NCBI GenBank assembly: GCA_964625755.1
Contig: CAZVBR010000001.1
Span: forward strand, 1-45,926
DNA length: 45,926 bases
Reading direction: 5' to 3'
DNA from: an uncultured Candidatus Saccharibacteria bacterium
GTDB taxonomy: Bacteria; Patescibacteriota; Minisyncoccia; Phycocordibacterales; XYD1-FULL-46-19
Numbering within the stretch: position 1 is the stretch's first letter; every line of letters starts with the position of its first letter. Below, in pieces: positions 18,519 through 27,197 of this stretch. The notes beneath the pieces are model-generated. The model saw only the letters and a program-made list of their open reading frames with translations. It ran no database searches and was not told the DNA's origin. Both the position numbers and the translations under genes were made by a program.

Positions 18519-18653
18519 GTCAGAAGATCTTTAAAACCGGCTTAGTTTTGGGTCTTTTGACGAAAGAGAAAGTAATAGGTAGTATTTTGTGTGCATTTGA
18601 ATAGTTTTATTGGACGCAGCTTGATAGTTAAAATTGCAATATTAAAAAAAAGT

Positions 18654-19736
18654 ATGTCTTCTCTTAAAATAGGAATAGTCGGGTTGCCGAATGTTGGCAA
18701 GTCAACATTGTTTAATTCTCTGACGCTCAAACAAGTGCCGGCCGAGAATTATCCTTTTTGCACGATTGACCCGGCGGTCGGTATCGTAGCGGTACCGGAT
18801 GAGCGTCTGAATAAATTAGCCGAACTTTCTCGGTCAAAAAAGATCATACCGGCGGCGATCGAATTTGTTGATATTGCCGGCTTGGTTCAAGGGGCTTCGA
18901 GCGGTGAAGGTCTGGGGAATCAGTTCTTATCTCACATTCGAGAGGTTGATGCCATCGCACAGGTGATCCGAGTTTTTGAGGATAAAAATATCACTCATGT
19001 TTCGGGGCGAATTGAACCCAAAAGTGATGCGGAGGTAATTAATTTGGAATTAATTTTGGCGGACTTGCAAACCGTGACCAAACGTTTGGGGAATATTGTC
19101 CGGGAAGTTAAAAGAGGTGATAAGGAGGCGGTTTTCGAGAAGACTGTTCTGGATAAATTTATCCAACAGCTGGAGTCCGGCGGGCCGATATCTCAATTGC
19201 AGTTAACGGAAGATGAGAGGAGAGTAACCAAAGGATTGAATTTATTGTCGGCCAAACCGATCTTATATGTTTTAAATAAAAAAGCCGGCGAATCAGTGGC
19301 GGAGATAAATTCTTTGTTGTCGATGATCAAAGAACACGGTTCGAATTATGTTTATGTTGATGCCGGGATCGAACATGAGTTGTCGCAGTTGACCAAAGAA
19401 GACCGGGATAATTTCAGGTCGGAGTTGGGGGTGGAAGATAACGGGGTCAACGATCTGATCAAGACCGCATACGATCTTTTGGGTTTGATAACATACTTTA
19501 CCACCGGGGAAGAGGAGTCGCGGGCTTGGACAGTCAAAGCCGGCTCCACCGCACCACAGGCGGGCCGGGCAATCCACGGGGATTTTTGCGAAAAGTTCAT
19601 TAAGGCTGATGTGATCGCTTACGATCAATTGTTAAATGTCGGTTCCTTGGCGGCGGTTAGGGAAAAGGGGTTGCTCAGAACCGAAGGAAAGGAGTATGTC
19701 GTTCGGGATGGAGATGTGATCGAATTTAAGATCTAG
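18654..19736 (+). CDS. ychF: ribosome-binding ATPase YchF (Obg-like GTPase family)
   Basis: ATG 18654 gives MSSLKIGIVGLPNVGKSTLFN. DIAGLV G3 motif, C-terminal TGS-like YVVRDGDVIEFK. The ORF extends upstream to 18591 but the conserved N-terminus starts at 18654. Confidence 0.93.
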   Translation: MSSLKIGIVGLPNVGKSTLFNSLTLKQVPAENYPFCTIDPAVGIVAVPDERLNKLAELSRSKKIIPAAIEFVDIAGLVQGASSGEGLGNQFLSHIREVDAIAQVIRVFEDKNITHVSGRIEPKSDAEVINLELILADLQTVTKRLGNIVREVKRGDKEAVFEKTVLDKFIQQLESGGPISQLQLTEDERRVTKGLNLLSAKPILYVLNKKAGESVAEINSLLSMIKEHGSNYVYVDAGIEHELSQLTKEDRDNFRSELGVEDNGVNDLIKTAYDLLGLITYFTTGEEESRAWTVKAGSTAPQAGRAIHGDFCEKFIKADVIAYDQLLNVGSLAAVREKGLLRTEGKEYVVRDGDVIEFKI

Positions 19737-19849
19737 ATCTGTTCTTCGGAGTTGATCGAGCGGGGGAATATCATACTAGGCAGATTGATCTTTTTATGTT
19801 TTAATTAATAGTATAACAGTAGTTGCATTTTGATAAATCTAAGCTGAGT

Positions 19850-22800
19850 ATGAAACCTTACGATCATCAACGAATAGAAAAGAAGTGGCAGCGTCAGTGG
19901 GCCGCGGATAAGATCTATCAGACAAAGGAAAGATCACAAAAACCAAAATTTTATTGTTTAGATATGTTCCCGTACCCTTCGGGTGAAGGTTTGCATGTTG
20001 GTCATCCCCGGGGGTACATTGCCACTGACATTATCTCTCGTTATCAGAGAATGAAAGGCAAAAACGTGCTTCATCCGATGGGCTGGGATGCTTTTGGTTT
20101 GCCGGCAGAAAATTATGCTCTTAAGAATAAGGTCCATCCTTCCCAGGCGGTAAAAAAGAATGTTAAAAATTACAAACGACAGTTGTCGATGCTCGGTTTT
20201 GATTATGACTGGTCAAGAGAAATAAATACCACCGATCCGGAGTATTATAAATGGACTCAATGGATATTTTTGCAATTATATAAAGCCGGGCTGGCCTATG
20301 AATCTTATGAGCCCATAAATTGGTGTCCGTCGTGTCAAACCGGATTAGCTAATGAGGACCTTGAAGACGGCCGGTGTGAAAGATGTAACTCGGAGATAGA
20401 AAAAAAACCAATGCGCCAGTGGGTACTGAAGATCACTGATTACGCGGAAAGATTACTGAATGATCTTGATGGATTGGATTGGCCGGAATCGATCAAAGAA
20501 GCTCAAAGAAATTGGATCGGAAAAAGCGAAGGGGCGGAGATAGATTTTCCGTTAACCGGGGAAAAGCGGCATTATGTTTTATTACATGGTTACAAAAGCT
20601 CTCCCGAGAAAAATTTTTTTCCTTGGTTGGCTGAGGAGCTAAAAAGGCAAGGTCATACGGTTGAGGTACCGACTTTACCGGATCCGGATGAACCTGATGT
20701 CCATACCCAGAGAGATCATGTTCTGGAAAGTTGTCATTTTGACGAAAAAACCGTATTGCTGGGACATAGTTTGGGCAGTGTGGTGGCATTAAAAGTCCTT
20801 GAAGAATTAGATCGACCGATCGAAAAATTGATCCTGGTGGCCGGATTTTCTGAGCCGAATTTTAAAGACAAGAAAAGATCTTTTGAAGAGAAATTCGATT
20901 GGCAGTTTGATTTTGAGAAAATAAAAAGTTCAGTCCGGGAAGTTTCCATTTTAAGGGATGAAAAAGATACGGCGGTGCCGGCTGAAAGAGCCGAGACCTT
21001 AAAAAAACACCTAGCCGGAGAGATTTTTGATTTCAAGGCGGAAAAGCCGCATGTAATCGGATCAGTCGAACCGATGGTTTTGGAGGCCTGTCGGGATAAG
21101 ATCAAGGTGTTTACCACCCGGCCTGACACTTTGGGCGGGGTTACTTATATGGTCCTAGCCCCTGAGCATCAGTTGTTGAAGAACAAAAGGGCCGATATCG
21201 AAAATTGGTCCGAAGTTGAAAAATATATTTTGGAAGCTCAAAAGCGTTCAGAGATCGAGCGGGTGGCCGAGGGTCGGGTTAAGACCGGGGTCAGGTTGAA
21301 GGGCTTGAAGGCCGTAAATCCGTTCAGTGGTGAGGAGTTGCCGGTGTTTGTGGCAGATTTTGTTCTGTCTCATTACGGCACCGGAGCTATAATGTCGGTC
21401 CCGGCTCATGACCAAAGGGACCTTGAATTTGCCCGGAAGTATCAGTTGCCGATAAAGCCGGTCATTTTAAAACCGGAAGAATTTAGTCGCAGTTATGTGA
21501 TGGGGGTTGAGAAGGAGGAGCTTGAAAAGCTGGGGGTAGAGATCACAAGGGAATCAAAAGACGGAGAGTATGAAGTTTTCATTCCCAAGAATCGGTTGGT
21601 TGATTATCAAAAAATGATCCGAACAAAAATTAAACCGGGTTACTGGAATGAATTTAGTACTGATCGAGGATTTTATTTTATTTTTAAGCATAAAAACGGG
21701 CAAATAGAAGAACAACTTCTAACTGATGAAAGTAATGGCCGTATCGATCAGCTGACAAAAGATCTAAACGGACAAGGGTCGGAAATTGATCCGAGAAATA
21801 TTTATTCCTGGTTGGCAGAAAATGAGTTTTACCGGGATCTGTTGATCCACGAAGAGCCGGGGGTGTTAGTTAATTCTGGAGATCTCTCAGGCCTTGGGAG
21901 CGAGGAGGCTAAAAAACAGATCATTGCTCGGTTTGGAAATAAACTGGTTACTTATAAATTACGGGACTGGGTTTTCTCTCGGCAAAGATATTGGGGGGAA
22001 CCGATCCCGGTTATTCATTGTCGTGAGTGCGGAGTGGTGCCGGTGCCGGAAAAAGATCTTCCGGTGAAGTTGCCAAAAGTGAAAAGTTACGAACCGACCG
22101 GTACCGGTGAATCACCTTTGGCCAATATTGCTTCATGGGTCAATACCGCCTGTCCGAAATGCGGGCGAAAATCAAAACGGGAAACGAATACCATGCCTCA
22201 GTGGGCCGGTTCATCTTGGTACTACTTGCGATTTATCGATCCGGATAACGACCGGTCCTTGGTGAAAAAAACCAAAGCTCAAAAGTGGTTGCCGGTAGAT
22301 ATGTATATAGGCGGTACTGAGCATGCCACTCGCCATTTGATATATGCTCGTTTTTGGCATAAGTTCTTGTATGATCAAGGGTTTGTGTCTACACCGGAAC
22401 CTTTTGCCAGGATCGGAAAGAATCTTGGTTTGATCCTGGGAGAAGATGGTCGAAAGATGAGTAAGCGTTGGGGGAATGTGATCAATCCGGATGAGGTGGT
22501 AAGTAATTACGGGGCAGATACCTTGCGAGTGTATGAAATGTTCATGGGTCCTTTTGAGTCTGAGATAGCTTGGAGTACTAAAAATATGATCGGCTCTCGG
22601 AGGTTCTTGGAGAAGGTGTGGCGTCTGAGTGAGAAAGTCGGTCTCAAAGGGGAATTGTCGCCCGATGCTAGAAGAGTATTACATCAAAGTATGAAAAAAG
22701 TTGAAGCGGATATTAATTCTTTTTCATTCAATACAGCTGTGTCAACCTTAATGTCTTTGGTTAATGTTTGGGATAAAGAGGAGAAGATACCGGTAAACGA

Positions 22801-23125
22801 TTACCTTCGCTTTTTACAGATACTGTCCCCGATCGCACCTCATATCACGGAAGAATTGTGGCAACAATTCAAGCCGAGCACCTCCGTCCACACTTCGAAG
22901 TGGCCTGAATTTGATCCGGATCAATTACAAGCCGAAGAGGTTAACGTGGTCGTGCAAGTTAATGGTCGGGTCAGAGGTCAGTTGGTCTGTGATCGGGGGT
23001 TAGACAAGGAAGCGGTTGTAAATCGGGTATATGAAAAAGAAGAGCTATTGTCTTGGGTAAAAGGAAAAACAATAAACAAGATCATTTATGTTCCGGATCG
23101 TTTAATTAATTTTGTGATCAAGTAA
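19850..23125 (+). CDS. leuS: leucine--tRNA ligase (LeuRS) with two large in-frame insertions
   Basis: 1091 aa from ATG 19850 (MKPYDHQRIEKKWQ). HIGH motif HVGHPRGY, Zn module CPSC...CERC, CP1 editing motifs VFTTRPDTL and GTGAIMSVPAHDQRD, RDWVFSRQRYWGEPIP, KMSKR. About 230-290 aa longer than typical bacterial LeuRS. Confidence 0.95.
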   Translation: MKPYDHQRIEKKWQRQWAADKIYQTKERSQKPKFYCLDMFPYPSGEGLHVGHPRGYIATDIISRYQRMKGKNVLHPMGWDAFGLPAENYALKNKVHPSQAVKKNVKNYKRQLSMLGFDYDWSREINTTDPEYYKWTQWIFLQLYKAGLAYESYEPINWCPSCQTGLANEDLEDGRCERCNSEIEKKPMRQWVLKITDYAERLLNDLDGLDWPESIKEAQRNWIGKSEGAEIDFPLTGEKRHYVLLHGYKSSPEKNFFPWLAEELKRQGHTVEVPTLPDPDEPDVHTQRDHVLESCHFDEKTVLLGHSLGSVVALKVLEELDRPIEKLILVAGFSEPNFKDKKRSFEEKFDWQFDFEKIKSSVREVSILRDEKDTAVPAERAETLKKHLAGEIFDFKAEKPHVIGSVEPMVLEACRDKIKVFTTRPDTLGGVTYMVLAPEHQLLKNKRADIENWSEVEKYILEAQKRSEIERVAEGRVKTGVRLKGLKAVNPFSGEELPVFVADFVLSHYGTGAIMSVPAHDQRDLEFARKYQLPIKPVILKPEEFSRSYVMGVEKEELEKLGVEITRESKDGEYEVFIPKNRLVDYQKMIRTKIKPGYWNEFSTDRGFYFIFKHKNGQIEEQLLTDESNGRIDQLTKDLNGQGSEIDPRNIYSWLAENEFYRDLLIHEEPGVLVNSGDLSGLGSEEAKKQIIARFGNKLVTYKLRDWVFSRQRYWGEPIPVIHCRECGVVPVPEKDLPVKLPKVKSYEPTGTGESPLANIASWVNTACPKCGRKSKRETNTMPQWAGSSWYYLRFIDPDNDRSLVKKTKAQKWLPVDMYIGGTEHATRHLIYARFWHKFLYDQGFVSTPEPFARIGKNLGLILGEDGRKMSKRWGNVINPDEVVSNYGADTLRVYEMFMGPFESEIAWSTKNMIGSRRFLEKVWRLSEKVGLKGELSPDARRVLHQSMKKVEADINSFSFNTAVSTLMSLVNVWDKEEKIPVNDYLRFLQILSPIAPHITEELWQQFKPSTSVHTSKWPEFDPDQLQAEEVNVVVQVNGRVRGQLVCDRGLDKEAVVNRVYEKEELLSWVKGKTINKIIYVPDRLINFVIK
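20549..21100 (+). other. alpha/beta serine-hydrolase-like domain inserted in-frame within leuS
   Basis: HYVLLHGYKSSPEKNFFPWL..., GHSLG elbow (Ser codon 20768-20770), RDEKDTAVP (Asp codons 20957-20959 and 20966-20968), EKPHVIG (His codon 21050-21052). It lies between the EGAEIDF and KVFTTRPDT blocks, which are about 10 aa apart in E. coli and T. thermophilus LeuRS. Confidence 0.7.
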
Positions 23126-23182
23126 TTATCCTTGACCTTTTAGAGATAAAGTGTTAAAAAAGAGTAACTTTGTGAAATTATC

Positions 23183-24235
23183 ATGTCTAAACAATCACCA
23201 ATAATCTTATCTTTTAAACCGAAGGAAGCAACCAGTTTACTTTTGGATGTTTTGTCGGATCGGGCTCGAGATATAGTAGTTAAAAGATATGGTTTAGGTG
23301 GCAAGGCTTCGCGGGAAACTTTAGAGACCATCGGAAAAGAGTATAATATTACTCGCGAAAGAGTGCGGCAGATAGAAAATTTTGCCTTGCGAACTATAAA
23401 AAAATCGCCGGTTTATGGAGAGTTTGGTCATTATTTTGATGAATTGAAGACCTTAATGGAAAGTTATGGCGGGATAGTTCATGAGAGGTCTTTTTTGGAA
23501 TCGGTTGTCAAGGATAAAAGTGGACAGAATCACATACATTTTTTGTTGGTGGTAGCCGAAGCTTTTATAAAAATTAAAGAGGATAACGATTTTCACCATC
23601 GCTGGACCGTTAATCCCGATATGGCCGAAAGAGTTCAGCAGTCAATACGAAACTTATGTTCTGATTTTAGTCGTGATGATCTGGTGGCCGAGGATGTAGT
23701 AGTTGAAAAGCTTATCGGTGAATTGAGGGATGTCTTGGAAACCGCCGGCAATCGTCAGATGGACTTGGCAAGGAATTTGTTGGCTATTTCAAAGCAGTTA
23801 ACCAGGAATCCTTTGGGGGAGTGGGGGTTGGCTGATTCTCCAAATGTTAAAATGCGCGGGATCAGGGATTATGCCTATCTGGTGTTAAGGCACCACGGGT
23901 CGCCTATGCATTTCCGGGAGGTGGCCAAGAGAATTAACGAGTTGTTCGGGCGGAAGGCTCACTCAGCCACTTGCCACAATGAATTGATAAAAGATGAACG
24001 TTTTGTTTTGGTCGGACGCGGTTTGTATGCTCTGACTGAGTGGGGTTATTCGCAGGGTGTTGTGTTGGATGTTGTAAAAAATATACTGCTCAGACACGGA
24101 CCTTTAACCAAAGAAGAGATCATCAAACAGGTTCTTAAAGAACGTTACGTAAAAGAGAATACTATTTTGGTTAATTTACAGAATGACCAAATTTTTGGCC
24201 GAAATGAATTTGGTCAATATTTTGTGGTTAAATAA
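23183..24235 (+). CDS. DNA-binding protein with a sigma-70 region-4-like HTH and a C-terminal HARE-HTH-like winged helix
   Basis: 350 aa. TLETIGKEYNITRERVRQIENFALRTIKK resembles sigma70 region 4.2. C-terminal GSPMHFREVAKRINELF...FVLVGRGLYALTEWGY resembles the HARE-HTH of RNAP delta. No sigma region 2. Confidence 0.65.
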   Translation: MSKQSPIILSFKPKEATSLLLDVLSDRARDIVVKRYGLGGKASRETLETIGKEYNITRERVRQIENFALRTIKKSPVYGEFGHYFDELKTLMESYGGIVHERSFLESVVKDKSGQNHIHFLLVVAEAFIKIKEDNDFHHRWTVNPDMAERVQQSIRNLCSDFSRDDLVAEDVVVEKLIGELRDVLETAGNRQMDLARNLLAISKQLTRNPLGEWGLADSPNVKMRGIRDYAYLVLRHHGSPMHFREVAKRINELFGRKAHSATCHNELIKDERFVLVGRGLYALTEWGYSQGVVLDVVKNILLRHGPLTKEEIIKQVLKERYVKENTILVNLQNDQIFGRNEFGQYFVVK

Positions 24236-24332
24236 TTTGGTGATACAAATTACCTCGAAATTTTTATTGTTTGGATGGTTTGAGGAGTGGTTTTTGTTTT
24301 GAAATATTGAATTTGATCATTTCGGTCAGTTG

Positions 24333-24361
24333 CTGACAATTAGTTAGTTTTTCGGTATGAT
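24333..24361 (+). promoter_or_regulatory. sigma70-like promoter CTGACA-N17-TATGAT
   Basis: Hexamers at 24333-24338 and 24356-24361. An ATG at 24369, 7 nt after the -10, opens a 7-codon mini-ORF whose TGA overlaps ATG 24389. Confidence 0.35.
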
Positions 24362-24388
24362 GGTCTTTATGTTAAGTAATCTAATTAT

Positions 24389-25600
24389 ATGATTTTTTTT
24401 GGGGATTTTGCTCAAGCTGTCGGAGTATGGGTATTTGGCTTGGTTTATTTGGTGGCGCCGTTTTTTTTGTTCATTATTGCCTGGCATTTATGGGTTAAGT
24501 ATGTTCAACTGTGTAATATAAAAAAGCAGGAATGGGTTTTGTTGGATATTAAAATACCAAAAAACCTATCCAGATCGCCGGAGGCTATGGAGGTGGTCTT
24601 GAGTACGTTCCATCAGCCGGGCGATGGTACTTTTTTTAAGCGTTATTGGCACGGTGCGGTTCAAACTTGGTTTTCTTTGGAGATAGCTTCTTTAGCCGGG
24701 GAGGTCCATTTTTATATTTATACTCAAAAATTCTTTAAAAATCTCATCGAGTCTCGGATCTATTCCGAGTACCCCATGGTTGAGATATACGAAGTGGATG
24801 ATTATGCCTGGAGCTTTCCTTATGGCCAGTCTGATTCTGATTGGGATCTCTGGGGGTGTCATTTTAAATTAGAGAAACCCGATCCATACCCGATAAAAAC
24901 CTATGTTGATTATAATCTAGGTTCCCGGGACGGAGTAAAAGAAGAAGAGAAGATCGACCCGATCGCTCCTATGCTGGAAACCATGGGTTCCATTGGTCCC
25001 GGCGAGCAGTTATGGTTTCAGATGATTATTCGGGCGGCTAAAAAGCGTTTCAAGAAAAAAAATAAGTGGTTTGAAAAGGCTGACTGGAAAGAGGAGGGTC
25101 AGAATTTATTAAAAAGCCTGTTAAAACGTGATCTGGGTAAAGATGCTTCTCCATCAGAGACGAATCTGTCTTCCGGGGAAAAGCTGGTGGCCGAAGCGGT
25201 GGAGCGAAATATATCCAAATTAGGTTTTGATTGTGGTATTCGTGGTATGTATTTGGCCAAAAAAGACAATTTTGATCAATCAAATGTCGTGGCTCTGATC
25301 AGTATGTTAAAACAATTTAACTCTCTTAATCTTAATGGTTTTAAGCCGGCCAATACCACCTCTCTTAAATACTCTTGGCAGGATTGGAAAAATTGGCGGC
25401 TGAATAAGATAAAGTGGGGAATGTATGATGCCTATCGTCGAAGAGAGTATTTCAATCCTCCTTACCAGTATACACCGATCACTTTAAATACCGAGGAATT
25501 GGCTACCATATATCATTTTCCCGGGGAAGTGATACAGACTCCCACTTTAAGCCGGATCGCATCCAAGCGAGGAGAGCCACCGGTTAATTTACCAATTTAG
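24389..25600 (+). CDS. hypothetical membrane protein (lineage-specific, unknown function)
   Basis: 403 aa. N-terminal TM hairpin, then a soluble region containing WVLLDIKIPKNLSRSPEAMEVVL, WFSLEIASLAGEVHFYIY and C-terminal LNTEELATIYHFPG. From memory this resembles the N-terminal module of some large CPR/Firmicute DUF87/VirD4-like ATPases, but no ATPase domain is present here. Confidence 0.6.
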   Translation: MIFFGDFAQAVGVWVFGLVYLVAPFFLFIIAWHLWVKYVQLCNIKKQEWVLLDIKIPKNLSRSPEAMEVVLSTFHQPGDGTFFKRYWHGAVQTWFSLEIASLAGEVHFYIYTQKFFKNLIESRIYSEYPMVEIYEVDDYAWSFPYGQSDSDWDLWGCHFKLEKPDPYPIKTYVDYNLGSRDGVKEEEKIDPIAPMLETMGSIGPGEQLWFQMIIRAAKKRFKKKNKWFEKADWKEEGQNLLKSLLKRDLGKDASPSETNLSSGEKLVAEAVERNISKLGFDCGIRGMYLAKKDNFDQSNVVALISMLKQFNSLNLNGFKPANTTSLKYSWQDWKNWRLNKIKWGMYDAYRRREYFNPPYQYTPITLNTEELATIYHFPGEVIQTPTLSRIASKRGEPPVNLPI

Positions 25601-25612
25601 TTAAATTTATTT

Positions 25613-26602
25613 ATGTTCAAAAATGAAGCAAGTGAAAGATATGATGCTCGAAAAAAGAAAGTTTTGAATTCCGTTTTAGTTTTGATCGGGGTTGGGTTTT
25701 TATTGTTACTTGCGGGGTATCAATTGTACTTGGCTTCACCGGGGGAAGAAAAAGCTAAGATGGTTCGGATCCGGTCAGGTATGAATTTAGAAGAGATCAC
25801 CGAACTGTTAGCCGAAGAAGGGGTGGTTAGATCAGCTCGAGTCACCGAGGTTCTGGCTCGATTGCGGGGAGTTGGAACTCAGATAGAAGCCGGGGATTAC
25901 TTTTTCTCGGAACCGATCTCGGCTTGGGAAGTGACTTCCCGTTTATTGGAGAGTGAAAAGGGTATTGATTTGGTAAGGGTAACTTTACCGGAAGGGCTGA
26001 CCGCCAACCAAAAAGCCCATTTGATCAGTTCTCGATTGCCGGAAGTCGATCGGTCGCTTTTGGCCCAAAAGGGGCAAAAATATGAAGGCTATCTGTTTCC
26101 GGATACCTATTATTTCTCGCCGTTTAGTGATGAAGCGGAAATTTTGGAAATAATGCTTGATAATTTTAAAAATCGGATCGAGCCCTTAGAAGAGGAAATA
26201 GAAAGATCAGAGCGCACCTTAGAAGAGATCGTAATTATGGCCTCTATGCTGGAATTAGAAGCTCGGACCACTGAGTCCCGAAGAATGATCTCCGGGCTTC
26301 TTTGGAAGCGACTGGATGACGGAATGTTGTTGCAGGTAGATGCCGTATTTCCTTATATTATCGGGAAGAATACGTTCGAGGTAACTCTGGAAGATCTTCG
26401 GTATGACTCTCCGTATAACACTTACCGCTATCCGGGCTTACCGGCCGGGGCGATTGCCAATCCCGGCTTGGATTCGATTAAGGCTGCCCTTCGACCGATC
26501 GAGTCCCCTTACTGGTATTATTTATCGGATATGGAAGGCAATATGCATTACACGATCACTCACGAAGATCACGTTCGGAATAAGCACAAATATCTTCGTT
26601 AG
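25613..26602 (+). CDS. mltG: endolytic murein transglycosylase MltG (YceG-like)
   Basis: 329 aa. N-terminal TM anchor, ASMLELEA catalytic-Glu region, YNTYRYPGLPAGAIANPG signature. Confidence 0.92.
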   Translation: MFKNEASERYDARKKKVLNSVLVLIGVGFLLLLAGYQLYLASPGEEKAKMVRIRSGMNLEEITELLAEEGVVRSARVTEVLARLRGVGTQIEAGDYFFSEPISAWEVTSRLLESEKGIDLVRVTLPEGLTANQKAHLISSRLPEVDRSLLAQKGQKYEGYLFPDTYYFSPFSDEAEILEIMLDNFKNRIEPLEEEIERSERTLEEIVIMASMLELEARTTESRRMISGLLWKRLDDGMLLQVDAVFPYIIGKNTFEVTLEDLRYDSPYNTYRYPGLPAGAIANPGLDSIKAALRPIESPYWYYLSDMEGNMHYTITHEDHVRNKHKYLR

Positions 26603-26628
26603 CTGAATTTGGTTCCGAGGAGATTTTT

Positions 26629-26637
26629 TGTTAATAT
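26629..26637 (+). promoter_or_regulatory. extended -10 promoter-like element TGtTAATAT, 8 nt upstream of ATG 26646
   Basis: tgttaatat read at 26629-26637; no SD. Confidence 0.35.
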
Positions 26638-26645
26638 GTTAGCTT

Positions 26646-27197
26646 ATGAAAAAGAATCCTTTGGTGTTTATAGATGTTGAAACTACCGGGTTTGACCCCG
26701 GGCAACACGAGATCATTGAGATCGGGGGAGTGTTGGTAAAACAGGAATTTTCTCCCGGTCAGGGTATGGTTTTTTCGGAGTTGGGTGAATTTGAGTACAA
26801 GATAAAGCCGGAAAAAATCGAGACGGCTGAACCGCAAGCTCTTCAGGTCAATGGTTATAATGAGGTTGAATGGATGTTTGCTCCGGAATTGAAACAGGTA
26901 ATGACGGAAGTGGCGAATAAAACGGCCGGGGCCACTTTGGTTGCTCATAATTTGTGTTTCGATCAGGCTTTTATTTCGGCGGCTTTTTCAAGGTCCGGGG
27001 TAGAGAGTAGGATGCATTACGCAAAGTTGGATACCATCTCTATTGCTTATGCTAAATTGTTGAATGATCAATCAGTTGAAAAGTTTTCCCTTAGAGCTTT
27101 AGCTGACCATTTCGGGATAGAGAATGAAAAAGCTCACACTGCTTTGGCAGATGCCCGAGTAACTTTTGAGGTGTTTAAAAAATTAACAGCGATTTAG
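26646..27197 (+). CDS. DEDDh 3'-5' exonuclease (DnaQ/epsilon-like)
   Basis: 183 aa. ExoI FIDVETTG, ExoII LVAHNLCFDQAFI, ExoIII HTALADARVTFEVF. Confidence 0.88.
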   Translation: MKKNPLVFIDVETTGFDPGQHEIIEIGGVLVKQEFSPGQGMVFSELGEFEYKIKPEKIETAEPQALQVNGYNEVEWMFAPELKQVMTEVANKTAGATLVAHNLCFDQAFISAAFSRSGVESRMHYAKLDTISIAYAKLLNDQSVEKFSLRALADHFGIENEKAHTALADARVTFEVFKKLTAI

